From NCBI GenBank assembly GCA_964622505.1, contig CAZUQJ010000003.1:1-62089 (forward strand): a DNA stretch of 62,089 bases, written 5' to 3'. Both the position numbers and the translations under genes were made by a program. Position 1 is the stretch's first letter. Every line of letters begins with the position of its first letter. A model generated the notes under the pieces. The model was not told where the DNA came from. It did not search any database and worked only from the letters and a program-made list of their open reading frames with translations. The stretch is from an uncultured Candidatus Saccharibacteria bacterium. Lineage in GTDB: Bacteria; Patescibacteriota; Minisyncoccia; Phycocordibacterales; UBA9973. Positions 36,786-45,713 of the stretch are shown here, piece after piece.

Positions 36786-38111
36786 TTATTTCAATATAAG
36801 ATCATCCTTGCCTGCACCGACAGATACGATAGAGATCGGTAATCCAACTTGAGCTTCGATGAATTCTAGATACCCCCTCGCTTGTTCGGGCAAATCTTCG
36901 TATTTTTTTATACCCTCAGATTTTTGGCCTTGCCAGTTTTTGAAATCTGCATACACCGGTACTACACTATCGCTCTTTGCCACTAGGTCGAAATCTATCG
37001 TATTTTTTTCTACACCATTTACCATGTAATGTGTACAAATTTTAAAACCCTCTTTTACATAGTCAAATATGTCGAGCTTGGTCAGCACAAGCGATGTCGC
37101 ACCATTTAGTGCTATAGCATAGCGGAGTGTCGGCAGGTCGAGCCATGCTACGTTGCGAGGGCGTCCTGTACGTGCACCACGCTCGTGAGCTACTTCTTGC
37201 AAGTATGCTTCGAGTGCCTCTGGTACGCGTGTTGCAAGCGGTCCACCACCCACGCGTGTTGTATATGCTTTGAGCACTCCATAGACATTACGTACGTACT
37301 GCGCCCCTACTCCGAGCTCGGCTGGAGCGGCACTGGCAAGAGTACGAGATGAAGTCACAAAAGGATACGTCCCAAAAGAGATATCGAGCATAGTTGCTTG
37401 CGCACCTTCTGCAAGAATCTTTTTGCCATTTTTTAAATATTCATTTACAAAGGCAGATGTGTTCACAAAATTATTTTGATATTGCTTGATGTATTCAATG
37501 CACTCAAAAAATTCCTCTGTCATTTTTGCCAGTTCCTCTTTGCAATCATAGTTATATAATTCCTTTAAAATTTTGCAATGCTTGGCAACTTGCTTATCGT
37601 AAATTTCTCTAAAATTAGGTTGCAATACGTCCCCAATTCGTACACCTTCACGGCCTGCCTTGTCACGATAAACTGGGCAAATTCCCATTTGGGTCGAGCC
37701 TATCTTGTTGTCACCTTTTGACAATTCTTCTGCTTTGTCGAGTAACTGATGTGTAGGTAGTATTACATGTACCCCTTCTCCAATATAAAAGTTCTTTTTT
37801 ACATCTGCACCATATTTAATAACTTTTTCAATTTCCTCTTTTAATAAAATTGGATTCACTACCATGCCATCTGCACAAAGTGAAGCTCCTGAGAATATTC
37901 CACAAGAAATACTATTAAGGACTACACTTTCGTTGTTGATATAAATTGTGTGTCCTGCATTTGGTCCTCCGTTGAATCGGCATACCAAGTCATAACTGTC
38001 TGCTAGGTATTGTACTATTTTCCCCTTGCCTTCGTCGCCATAATAGAGGCCAATGAGCACGTCGAGCGTCCCAGTAGTATTATTTCTGATCTCTTTATTT
38101 TTTAATTCCAT
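36786..38111 (-). CDS. purA: adenylosuccinate synthetase
   Basis: GDEGKGK, GPNAGHT, GTTRVGGGP-type motifs. Confidence 0.95.
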   Translation of the reverse strand: MELKNKEIRNNTTGTLDVLIGLYYGDEGKGKIVQYLADSYDLVCRFNGGPNAGHTIYINNESVVLNSISCGIFSGASLCADGMVVNPILLKEEIEKVIKYGADVKKNFYIGEGVHVILPTHQLLDKAEELSKGDNKIGSTQMGICPVYRDKAGREGVRIGDVLQPNFREIYDKQVAKHCKILKELYNYDCKEELAKMTEEFFECIEYIKQYQNNFVNTSAFVNEYLKNGKKILAEGAQATMLDISFGTYPFVTSSRTLASAAPAELGVGAQYVRNVYGVLKAYTTRVGGGPLATRVPEALEAYLQEVAHERGARTGRPRNVAWLDLPTLRYAIALNGATSLVLTKLDIFDYVKEGFKICTHYMVNGVEKNTIDFDLVAKSDSVVPVYADFKNWQGQKSEGIKKYEDLPEQARGYLEFIEAQVGLPISIVSVGAGKDDLILK

Positions 38112-38117
38112 AGTAAA

Positions 38118-39596
38118 TTACTTTGTGTAGTTAGGCGCCTCTTTGGTAATAGTGACATCGTGGGGGTGACTCTCTTTTATACCGCTCGTTGTAATCTTGG
38201 TAAATGAGGCTGTCCAGAGCTCTTTAATATTCTTTGCGCCCACATAGCCCATACCAGCACGCAATCCTCCAACGTATTGATACATAATCTCTGATACAGG
38301 ACCTTTGTATGGCACTATACCGACAATACCTTCAGGGACAAGCTTGCTCGCCTCTTTTTCTTTGTCTTGGAAATAGCGGTCTTTTGAGCCTTCTTCCATG
38401 GCTTCGATCGATCCCATACCTCTGTAGCTCTTGAACTTGCGCCCATCGAGAAGCACTACTTCCCCTGGAGCTTCTTCTGTCCCGGCAAACATTGAGCCAG
38501 CCATGATCAGTGATGCACCAGCAACAAGAGCCTTGACCATATCACCACTATATCGGATACCACCATCAGCGATTACTGGAATATCCAATTTAGCTTTTTT
38601 TAATTCTTGAGCCACATTCATGATCGCTGATAGTTGCGGTACCCCAATACCTGCTATGATACGAGTCGTGCAGATTGATCCTGGGCCAACTCCTACTTTG
38701 ATAGCATCGGCTCCAGCACGTGCAAGTGCGATAGCCCCCTCGCCAGTTGCCACATTGCCGACGATCAATTGCATATTTGGAAATTTCTTTTTTAAATTCT
38801 TTGTTGCGTCGATTATTCCTTTGGAGTGACCATGAGCGCTGTCGAGCACAAGCACATCGGCCCCTGCCTCGATCAATGCCTCTGCACGCTCCACAGTCTC
38901 GGCACCCACGCCGATCGCAGCTCCCACACGCAAGCGTCCACGCTCATCACGACATGCATTTGGATATGCTTCGGATTTCAAAATATCTTTGTAAGTGATC
39001 AGTCCAACAAGGACACCCTTTTTGTCTATAATGGGAAGTTTTTTTATTTTATTTTGTTCGAGAATATTCTTTGCTTCTACAAGCGAACAACCCAAAGAAG
39101 CAGTAGTTGGATTCTTTGTCATAATATCCACAACCTTTTTAGAAAGATTTGTTTCTGAGCGCAGATCGCGACTTGTGACAATACCAACAAGCATGCCGTT
39201 TTTCTCTACAATAGGCACACCGCCGATCTTCTTGTCGTTGATCAATTTTCGCGCTTCAGTTAATGTCGCATCTGGATACAACTTGAAAGGGTCTTCGATG
39301 ATTGCATTTTCTGAGCGTTTGACATCACGTATTTTGGAAGCTTGGCGCTCTATGGTCATGTTCTTGTGTACGATACCGAGTCCTCCTGCTTGCGCAACAG
39401 CAATAGCAAGTCTGGACTCTGTAACAGTGTCCATAGCAGCCGAGATTATAGGTATATTGAGAGTTATCTTTTTAGTGAGTTTTGTCGCCACCACCACATC
39501 CCGAGGCAGTATTTCCGAGTAGCGTGGGACAATCAGCACATCGTCAAAGGTCAATGATTCGGTAATTTTATTTGTATGTATAGAAATTTTATTCAT
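38118..39596 (-). CDS. guaB: IMP dehydrogenase
   Basis: [13 protein letters not shown] pair, GSICTTR; ATG at 39596 (MNKISIH) preferred over the upstream extension. Confidence 0.95.
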   Translation of the reverse strand: MNKISIHTNKITESLTFDDVLIVPRYSEILPRDVVVATKLTKKITLNIPIISAAMDTVTESRLAIAVAQAGGLGIVHKNMTIERQASKIRDVKRSENAIIEDPFKLYPDATLTEARKLINDKKIGGVPIVEKNGMLVGIVTSRDLRSETNLSKKVVDIMTKNPTTASLGCSLVEAKNILEQNKIKKLPIIDKKGVLVGLITYKDILKSEAYPNACRDERGRLRVGAAIGVGAETVERAEALIEAGADVLVLDSAHGHSKGIIDATKNLKKKFPNMQLIVGNVATGEGAIALARAGADAIKVGVGPGSICTTRIIAGIGVPQLSAIMNVAQELKKAKLDIPVIADGGIRYSGDMVKALVAGASLIMAGSMFAGTEEAPGEVVLLDGRKFKSYRGMGSIEAMEEGSKDRYFQDKEKEASKLVPEGIVGIVPYKGPVSEIMYQYVGGLRAGMGYVGAKNIKELWTASFTKITTSGIKESHPHDVTITKEAPNYTK

Positions 39597-39675
39597 AAAT
39601 TGATTATAAACTTTTATCTCTTTTGAGTCAAAAAAATCCGTAAGTTTAAAACTTGCGGATTTTTTTGATTTTTTA

Positions 39676-40365
39676 TTAATGATGCGCCACAGCATGTACG
39701 TCGTGAGACGCGCGTTTTCTAAATTGACGGATCAGTATGATGATCACAAGCATTAGGAAGAATACACATATCCACTCCCACACTGTGTCTGGCAAGAAAC
39801 TGTTACTTCCATGAAGTGACAATGCAGTTAGACTGTTGTTGTTCATTTCAGATTCTTGACTCACGCTCGCGTTATCATTGCTTACATTTGTTGTAGTAGT
39901 ATCGTTAGTATTATCTCTTTTTGTTGTTGTGTTTGTTGCGACTTTGTTGTTGGTTACTGTTCTTGTAATAGTAGTGTTACGGTTTGTGTTAGTAGCTGCT
40001 CCGTTTGAAGTATTTGTCGTGTTTACTACTTCAGGACCATTGCTAGTATATATGTTGCCATATTGAGGAGCAGTACCGTATGTAGACGAACCAGAATTAA
40101 CGCTAACATAGTTTGGATTATAATTTGTATAAGCGCTAGTGTCATTGCGTGATGTATCTATATTTGCATACGCTGTCTCTCTATAGTATGCCCCTCCATC
40201 GTCAGATACAATACGTGGTTGGTTACCAGTATAATTAGTATAATTTGCTTGATTACAATTGGTACTTCCATTAAAATATGGCTCACAAGCACTGGCGGTA
40301 TAAGTCAATCCGAAAAAGAGTGCAAATACACCGAGAAATATGAAGTTTTTGTTTATCTTATTCAT
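39676..40365 (-). CDS. secreted Asn/Thr-rich protein with C-terminal TM anchor
   Basis: ATG at 40365 gives the signal peptide MNKINKNFIFLGVFALFFGLTYTASA; low-complexity N/T region; C-terminal TM. Confidence 0.6.
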   Translation of the reverse strand: MNKINKNFIFLGVFALFFGLTYTASACEPYFNGSTNCNQANYTNYTGNQPRIVSDDGGAYYRETAYANIDTSRNDTSAYTNYNPNYVSVNSGSSTYGTAPQYGNIYTSNGPEVVNTTNTSNGAATNTNRNTTITRTVTNNKVATNTTTKRDNTNDTTTTNVSNDNASVSQESEMNNNSLTALSLHGSNSFLPDTVWEWICVFFLMLVIIILIRQFRKRASHDVHAVAHH

Positions 40366-40371
40366 ATGGGT

Positions 40372-40401
40372 ATTATAGCATACTTGATACCATTTTGTCA
40401 A
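40372..40401 (-). promoter_or_regulatory. consensus promoter, leaderless geometry
   Basis: Minus strand reads TTGACA, 18 nt, TGCTATAAT, acccat, ATG. Confidence 0.7.
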
Positions 40402-40464
40402 GCCCCCTAGAATCCCCCAAAATAGGCTCAAAAATAAGGCTTTTGTGCTATACTTTTTATATAT

Positions 40465-40884
40465 ATGACAATAGAGAACAAAAAAGTAATGATCTTTGGA
40501 GTCTTCGACAACCTGCACGACGGGCACAGATTCTTCATCCAAAATGCCCTCCTTTCGGGCAATGAACTCTACATTGTTGTTACTCCTACTCAGGCAGTAC
40601 AGAAGATTAAAGGCAAACTCCCCTTTTACTCCATAAAGGAACGGATACAAGTATTGGAAAAAGAATACCCAAATGCAAGAATCGTAGAGGGTGATGTAAA
40701 TCCTGATTTATGGACTCCAATAACAAAATACATGCCAAACATAATCGTCTGTGGTTATGACCAAACAGAACTCTACGACGCTCTCTTTAAAATAGCCGAC
40801 AATAATAAATTTGAATTACTGCAAATACAAGAGAATCACAACGGTAGCGAGCTCCACTCGCGCTATATAAATAAAAGTGTATAA
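40465..40884 (+). CDS. cytidylyltransferase-like nucleotidyltransferase
   Basis: GVFDNLHDGH (HxGH motif); 139 aa. Confidence 0.7.
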   Translation: MTIENKKVMIFGVFDNLHDGHRFFIQNALLSGNELYIVVTPTQAVQKIKGKLPFYSIKERIQVLEKEYPNARIVEGDVNPDLWTPITKYMPNIIVCGYDQTELYDALFKIADNNKFELLQIQENHNGSELHSRYINKSV

Positions 40885-40932
40885 TGAGAAAATATTATTA
40901 GTAGTTTGTCCGCTACTTGCGGATTATATTGT

Positions 40933-42153
40933 ATGAATAACCCATTCCAAAACGCATTATCACAACTAGAACGAGCAAACAAAGTCAAAAATTTTAGCCC
41001 AGAATTTATGTCGCGCCTCCACCAGCCGAACCGTGAATTGCATATTGCCATTCCTGTCACTATGGATGATGGGTCTTTGAAAATTTTTGAGGGCTACCGC
41101 GTACAATACAACAATGCTCGTGGACCATACAAAGGCGGTATCCGCTACCACCAAGACACCGAGATCAACGAAGTCAAAGCACTCGCATTCTGGATGGCGC
41201 TCAAATGTGCAGTTGCCAATATCCCAATGGGTGGAGGCAAAGGTGGTATAACTGTCGATCCAAAGCAATTATCAAAAGGAGAACTGGAAAGATTGTCACG
41301 CGGATGGGTCAAGCTCATGGCCCCCGTCATCGGCCCACAAGTAGACGTACCCGCTCCAGATGTCAACACTACTCCAGAAATAATGTCATGGATGGTAGAT
41401 GAATATGCAAAAATAAGTGGTGATACAACCAATGCCACATTTACAGGCAAGCCACTTGAAATTGGTGGGTCAGAAGGCCGTGGTGCAGCCACAGGGCTTG
41501 GTGGATTTTATTCATTTAAAGCCATGCAAGAAAAATTGGGCCTACCTGCATCTTGTACTGTAGTCATCCAAGGATTTGGCAATGTTGGCAGTAACGCCGC
41601 CGAGTCATTTGTAAATGATGGACACAAAGTGATCGCAATCTCCAATTCCAAAGGTGGAATTGTAAAAGAAGATGGCATTGATATAAAAGCATTGACTGAA
41701 TACTATAAAGCAAATGGCAAAGTAATGGATTTCCCAGGAGCAAAAAATATTACCAATGCAGAATTACTAGAACTTGAATGTGATGTGTTGGTACCAGGTG
41801 CATTTGAAAACCAGATCACAGATAGTAATGCCAAGAATGTAAAAACAAAATTAGTATTAGAGTTAGCCAACGGCCCAACTACTCCAGAAGCTGATGACAT
41901 ACTATTCTCTCGCGGTATCCCAGTGATCCCAGATATCTTGGCCAACGCTGGAGGCGTAACTGTATCAACATTTGAATGGGAGCAAAATCTCAAAAACGAA
42001 CGCTGGACTGAAGCTGATGTCTTTGCCAAATTAAACAAGATCATGACTGAACAAACACACCTTATCTACCAAAGGTCCCTCGACCTATCAACCGACATTC
42101 GCCGCGCCGCATTTATAGTAGCCCTCGAAAGAATCGAACAAGCTACAAAATAA
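40933..42153 (+). CDS. gdhA: NAD(P)-specific glutamate dehydrogenase
   Basis: KGGIRYH and GGGKGG motifs; ATG at 40933 preferred over the TTG at 40906. Confidence 0.93.
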   Translation: MNNPFQNALSQLERANKVKNFSPEFMSRLHQPNRELHIAIPVTMDDGSLKIFEGYRVQYNNARGPYKGGIRYHQDTEINEVKALAFWMALKCAVANIPMGGGKGGITVDPKQLSKGELERLSRGWVKLMAPVIGPQVDVPAPDVNTTPEIMSWMVDEYAKISGDTTNATFTGKPLEIGGSEGRGAATGLGGFYSFKAMQEKLGLPASCTVVIQGFGNVGSNAAESFVNDGHKVIAISNSKGGIVKEDGIDIKALTEYYKANGKVMDFPGAKNITNAELLELECDVLVPGAFENQITDSNAKNVKTKLVLELANGPTTPEADDILFSRGIPVIPDILANAGGVTVSTFEWEQNLKNERWTEADVFAKLNKIMTEQTHLIYQRSLDLSTDIRRAAFIVALERIEQATK

Positions 42154-42156
42154 ACC

Positions 42157-42176
42157 CTTACAGGTCTTGCCTGTAA
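42157..42176. repeat. REP2 palindrome, copy a
   Basis: CTTACAGGTCTTGCCTGTAA. Confidence 0.8.
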
Positions 42177-42628
42177 AAAAGACTAAAGATAGGGCTCAAA
42201 TATACTGAAATCAAAAACATAGGAGTAATTATTGGACCACCTAAGAAAATAACACTTATTCCATCTTTAACCGTCACCATAAATAGATTATCCTTAGTGA
42301 AAATTTTTCCAAGATCAAATCCCCAGAAATCATAATAACTATCACCATTATAAAAAACACCTAAGCTAATAGTGACTGAAATAAACAACAATACAGAGCA
42401 AATTCCAAATGCTTTAAATTTTTTACGATGTAGTAATATGGAAAGTAAAATTAATAAAGCTGAATTAAAGATATAGTAGATACTTATAAAAATAGGTCCA
42501 TCCCCACTCATCGGAGATGGATGATATGGGTGTGATCCAAAAGCAAAAATTGAAAGCCCTAATGCCCCAATCCCTGAAACTAATAAAAAGTTTGCAAATA
42601 ACCTTCGATTTTTGTTTATTACATTCAT
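42158..42628 (-). CDS. hypothetical polytopic membrane protein
   Basis: 156 aa, four to five TM helices; the last five codons and the stop lie inside REP2a. Confidence 0.55.
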   Translation of the reverse strand: MNVINKNRRLFANFLLVSGIGALGLSIFAFGSHPYHPSPMSGDGPIFISIYYIFNSALLILLSILLHRKKFKAFGICSVLLFISVTISLGVFYNGDSYYDFWGFDLGKIFTKDNLFMVTVKDGISVIFLGGPIITPMFLISVYLSPIFSLFYRQDL

Positions 42629-42671
42629 AAAATATATTATAAACTACTATTTCCCTCAGAACAAACCCAAC

Positions 42672-42692
42672 CTTACAGGTCTTGCCTGTAAG
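42672..42692. repeat. REP2 palindrome, copy b
   Basis: CTTACAGGTCTTGCCTGTAAG. Confidence 0.85.
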
Positions 42693-43332
42693 AAAGCCAT
42701 TCAAAAATTTCTTTTTGGAATTTCTCCTTTGTATGGAAATAGTTTGGAAATGCTTTTGTTGCTAAGATTAAACCTTCCTGTCTCGGTATCAGAAGGTAGT
42801 CCAGATAACTTGAATATTTATAATCCTGAAGGAAATCAAGTGTCTTATTTTTGTTTCTTATTCCATTTATTTTCCAATTTTTATCAATCATTTTGACAGG
42901 ATTTAAATGAATATAAGAAAATAAATATTTCAAATACCTATCGTTGTTTGCATGCTCTGATTTAAATTTTCCTTCAAATAAAGAACCAGTTCTTTCGTAT
43001 TTTTTATTATAATACATAGAATACCCAGTCGTGAGCTTTTGCATAAATTTACTTATACTTCCCTCCTTTGTCTGAGTTATTAAAATATGAAAATGGTTTG
43101 GCATTAAACAGTAAGCTCCGATACTGACTAATAAGTTTTTTCTTTCATGGTTAAAGATATCATTCATTCTAATAAATTGAATCTTAAAATTTTTTTCATT
43201 ATTTGAAAGAAACAAAAGTTTAATAAAACGGTCATAATCTTCCTTATCGTGAAAAATTTCCTGTTTACTATTTCCTCTATTATATAAATGATAATACTCA
43301 CCAGGAACAAATGCTGTTTTTCGTATTGACAT
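42673..43332 (-). CDS. REP-associated tyrosine transposase (RAYT), copy 2
   Basis: MPNHFHILI (HUH) and YIHLNPVK; stop lies inside REP2b. Confidence 0.85.
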   Translation of the reverse strand: MSIRKTAFVPGEYYHLYNRGNSKQEIFHDKEDYDRFIKLLFLSNNEKNFKIQFIRMNDIFNHERKNLLVSIGAYCLMPNHFHILITQTKEGSISKFMQKLTTGYSMYYNKKYERTGSLFEGKFKSEHANNDRYLKYLFSYIHLNPVKMIDKNWKINGIRNKNKTLDFLQDYKYSSYLDYLLIPRQEGLILATKAFPNYFHTKEKFQKEIFEWLSYRQDL

Positions 43333-43357
43333 ATATTATATTATATAAAAACTAAAT

Positions 43358-43378
43358 CTTACAGGCAAGACCTGTAAG
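43358..43378. repeat. REP2 palindrome, copy c (inverted)
   Basis: CTTACAGGCAAGACCTGTAAG; centre is the reverse complement of copies a and b. Confidence 0.85.
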
Positions 43379-43388
43379 ATACTTAATT

Positions 43389-43421
43389 AAAAAATCCCTC
43401 GACAAATGTCGGGGATTTTTT
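43389..43421 (-). terminator. intrinsic terminator
   Basis: AAAAAATCCCTCGACAAATGTCGGGGATTTTTT. Confidence 0.65.
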
Positions 43422-43441
43422 ATAATTAGTTTATTGACTGC

Positions 43442-44077
43442 TTATATTAAACAGTAGCGATTTTCTTTGAAGGATCTGGGGAATTCAAAAATATGAAGAT
43501 GGATTTCTTCAACTTCTCCATTCTGCCCTCTTTTGAATTCAAGGTGTACATTATACGCGACTTCTGGTTCATACAAATCTTTAATCATTGGTTTCTTTAA
43601 AATAATTAAACCTAAATCAAGATTTTCTTGACCATTGATTAAAATTTCATTTGCAACAGAAGGACGACCCATCAGATGCTGTTCCATAATATACACGGCA
43701 GTACATAAAACTTCCTGTACAGAACGTATTCCATACTCTTCTGGAAAAAAATGTCCAATTAAGTCAAAAGAACTTGATTTATTTGATCTTTTGAATAAAT
43801 TATAGGACCTTTCTTGATCAGAAATTTCTCCGTCTCCGGATTTGAAAAGTTCTTTCATTTCTGAATTAAGTGGTTCATCAACCAAAAGTTTAACCTTGTA
43901 TGAATCTAATCTTTTTAAGAAGCCATCAGATTCAATTGAGAATTCAGGTCTCTCGAAATTATACGTCTTTTCGTAATCGTAAAGAGAGCTTGGTACATAC
44001 TTTTCACTCACTTCACGCAGCGTGTATAATTCTTTTTGTTTTAAGGACAACAGAGCGTCCATTACTTCATTTTTCAT
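43442..44077 (-). CDS. hypothetical protein
   Basis: 211-aa ORF, no recognised family. Confidence 0.5.
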   Translation of the reverse strand: MKNEVMDALLSLKQKELYTLREVSEKYVPSSLYDYEKTYNFERPEFSIESDGFLKRLDSYKVKLLVDEPLNSEMKELFKSGDGEISDQERSYNLFKRSNKSSSFDLIGHFFPEEYGIRSVQEVLCTAVYIMEQHLMGRPSVANEILINGQENLDLGLIILKKPMIKDLYEPEVAYNVHLEFKRGQNGEVEEIHLHIFEFPRSFKENRYCLI

Positions 44078-44142
44078 ATTTATTTTCTATTTTTTACCAA
44101 ACTACCATAAATAATGACAAAAGTCCATAGGGGCTCTTTTTT

Positions 44143-44169
44143 TTGTAAATTACTACTTTCTGCTATAAT
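44143..44169 (+). promoter_or_regulatory. extended -10 promoter of purH, leaderless geometry
   Basis: TGCTATAAT-cactcc-ATG. Confidence 0.6.
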
Positions 44170-44175
44170 CACTCC

Positions 44176-45657
44176 ATGGAAAAACAAATTAAAAGTGCAC
44201 TTATTTCTGTCTTCAACAAAGACGGCCTCGGGGATATTGTAAAATTACTCAATAATAAAGGGGTTAAACTGTATTCGACTGGCGGGACATCCAAATTTAT
44301 CAAAGAGTTGGGCGCACCTGTGACCGAAGTCGAGGAACTTACGGGCTTCCCTTCTATTTTCGATGGCCGGGTCAAAACACTGCACCCTGCTATCGCCGGA
44401 GGTATACTCAAGATCCGTGGCAACGAAGTACATGAAGCCGAAGCAGTCAAACACAACATTCCAGAAATTGATTTAGTAATTGTAGACTTGTATCCATTCG
44501 AAGAAACTCTCGCAAGTGGCGCAAGTGAGGCTGATATTATAGAGAAAATCGATATCGGTGGAGTAGCACTGATTCGTGCAGCTGCCAAGAATTTCAATGA
44601 TGTAGTTATCGTGCCATCCAAAAACCAATACTCATACCTAAAAGATATCCTATCGAAGTCGGACTTCACTATATTAGAACAGAGGAAGTTTTTAGCTGGT
44701 TGTGCATTTGAAGTTACGAGCGGATACGACTTTGCAATCCGAAGCTACTTCCAAGGCAACACATTGCGCTATGGCGAAAACTCACACCAGACTGCAAGCT
44801 TCATCGGTGATATCGCTAAATCTTGGAATCAACTTCACGGCAAAGAAATGTCTTACAACAACTTCATCGATACCGAATCTGCGATCGCACTCGTGTATGA
44901 TTTCAGCGATCCTGCATTTACAATCATCAAGCATACCAATGCCTGCGGATTTGCAGTCGATGCTGACATTACTGTTGCATATAAAAAAGCCTATGATGCC
45001 GATCCAGTATCTGCATTCGGCGGAATCTTGGCATCAAATCGCTCAATCACCAAAGGCATTGCCGAGAAAATTCGTGAAGATAAATTGTTTGTGGAAGTTA
45101 TCATCGCACCAGATTATGATGTGGAAGCTTTGGAAATCTTGGAACAGAAAAAGGATATTAGAATATTGAAATGGAACAATCCTACCCTACCAAAATCCCA
45201 GATCCGCACTTGCCTCTCGGGCATCATCATGCAAGACCGCGACGCTCATGTGGAAACAAGCACTGATCTTACTTGCACTACCAATCGCAAGCCAACAGAG
45301 CAAGAAGAAAAAGATTTGTTAATTGCAAATCTTGTAGCCAAACATATTAAATCCAATGCAATTACAATAGTAAAAAATGGCCAATTGTTCGCTATGGGCT
45401 GTGGGCAGACATCGCGCATCGACGCACTCAAGCAAGCACTCGCAAAAGCCAAAAATTTCAACTTCGATGTTACAGGTGCAGTTATGGCATCGGAAGCATT
45501 CTTCCCTTTCCCTGACTGTGTAGAAACCGCAGGGCAAGCTGGTGTAACATCAGTCATCCACCCAGGCGGATCCAAAAACGACCAAGCTTCAATAGATAAA
45601 TGCAACGAGTTAGGAATGGCCATGGTCACTACAGGCTACCGACATTTCAAACATTAA
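44176..45657 (+). CDS. purH: bifunctional AICAR formyltransferase / IMP cyclohydrolase
   Basis: MGS-like N-terminus ALISVFNKDGL...TGGT and an AICARFT domain. Confidence 0.95.
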   Translation: MEKQIKSALISVFNKDGLGDIVKLLNNKGVKLYSTGGTSKFIKELGAPVTEVEELTGFPSIFDGRVKTLHPAIAGGILKIRGNEVHEAEAVKHNIPEIDLVIVDLYPFEETLASGASEADIIEKIDIGGVALIRAAAKNFNDVVIVPSKNQYSYLKDILSKSDFTILEQRKFLAGCAFEVTSGYDFAIRSYFQGNTLRYGENSHQTASFIGDIAKSWNQLHGKEMSYNNFIDTESAIALVYDFSDPAFTIIKHTNACGFAVDADITVAYKKAYDADPVSAFGGILASNRSITKGIAEKIREDKLFVEVIIAPDYDVEALEILEQKKDIRILKWNNPTLPKSQIRTCLSGIIMQDRDAHVETSTDLTCTTNRKPTEQEEKDLLIANLVAKHIKSNAITIVKNGQLFAMGCGQTSRIDALKQALAKAKNFNFDVTGAVMASEAFFPFPDCVETAGQAGVTSVIHPGGSKNDQASIDKCNELGMAMVTTGYRHFKH

Positions 45658-45664
45658 AATTTTT

Positions 45665-45700
45665 AAAACAGTCCGAACTTTTATAGTTCGGACTGTTTTG
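45665..45700 (+). terminator. intrinsic terminator
   Basis: AAAACAGTCCGAAC...GTTCGGACTGTTTT. Confidence 0.8.
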
Positions 45701-45707
45701 CTATAAT
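45699..45707 (+). promoter_or_regulatory. extended -10 promoter of pepN, leaderless geometry
   Basis: TGCTATAAT-agccct-ATG. Confidence 0.55.
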
Positions 45708-45713
45708 AGCCCT

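Noticed and set aside
38995-39522. 175-aa ORF, with neighbouring ORFs, antisense to guaB
   Set aside because: It lies entirely inside the well-supported IMP dehydrogenase gene. The same reasoning applies to the antisense ORFs inside gyrA, secA, dnaE, pepN, gdhA and the ABC exporter.
44169-44669. 166-aa ORF antisense to the 5' part of purH
   Set aside because: It is a shadow ORF. purH on the opposite strand has unambiguous family motifs, and the antisense product is low-complexity Ser/Leu/Ile-rich.
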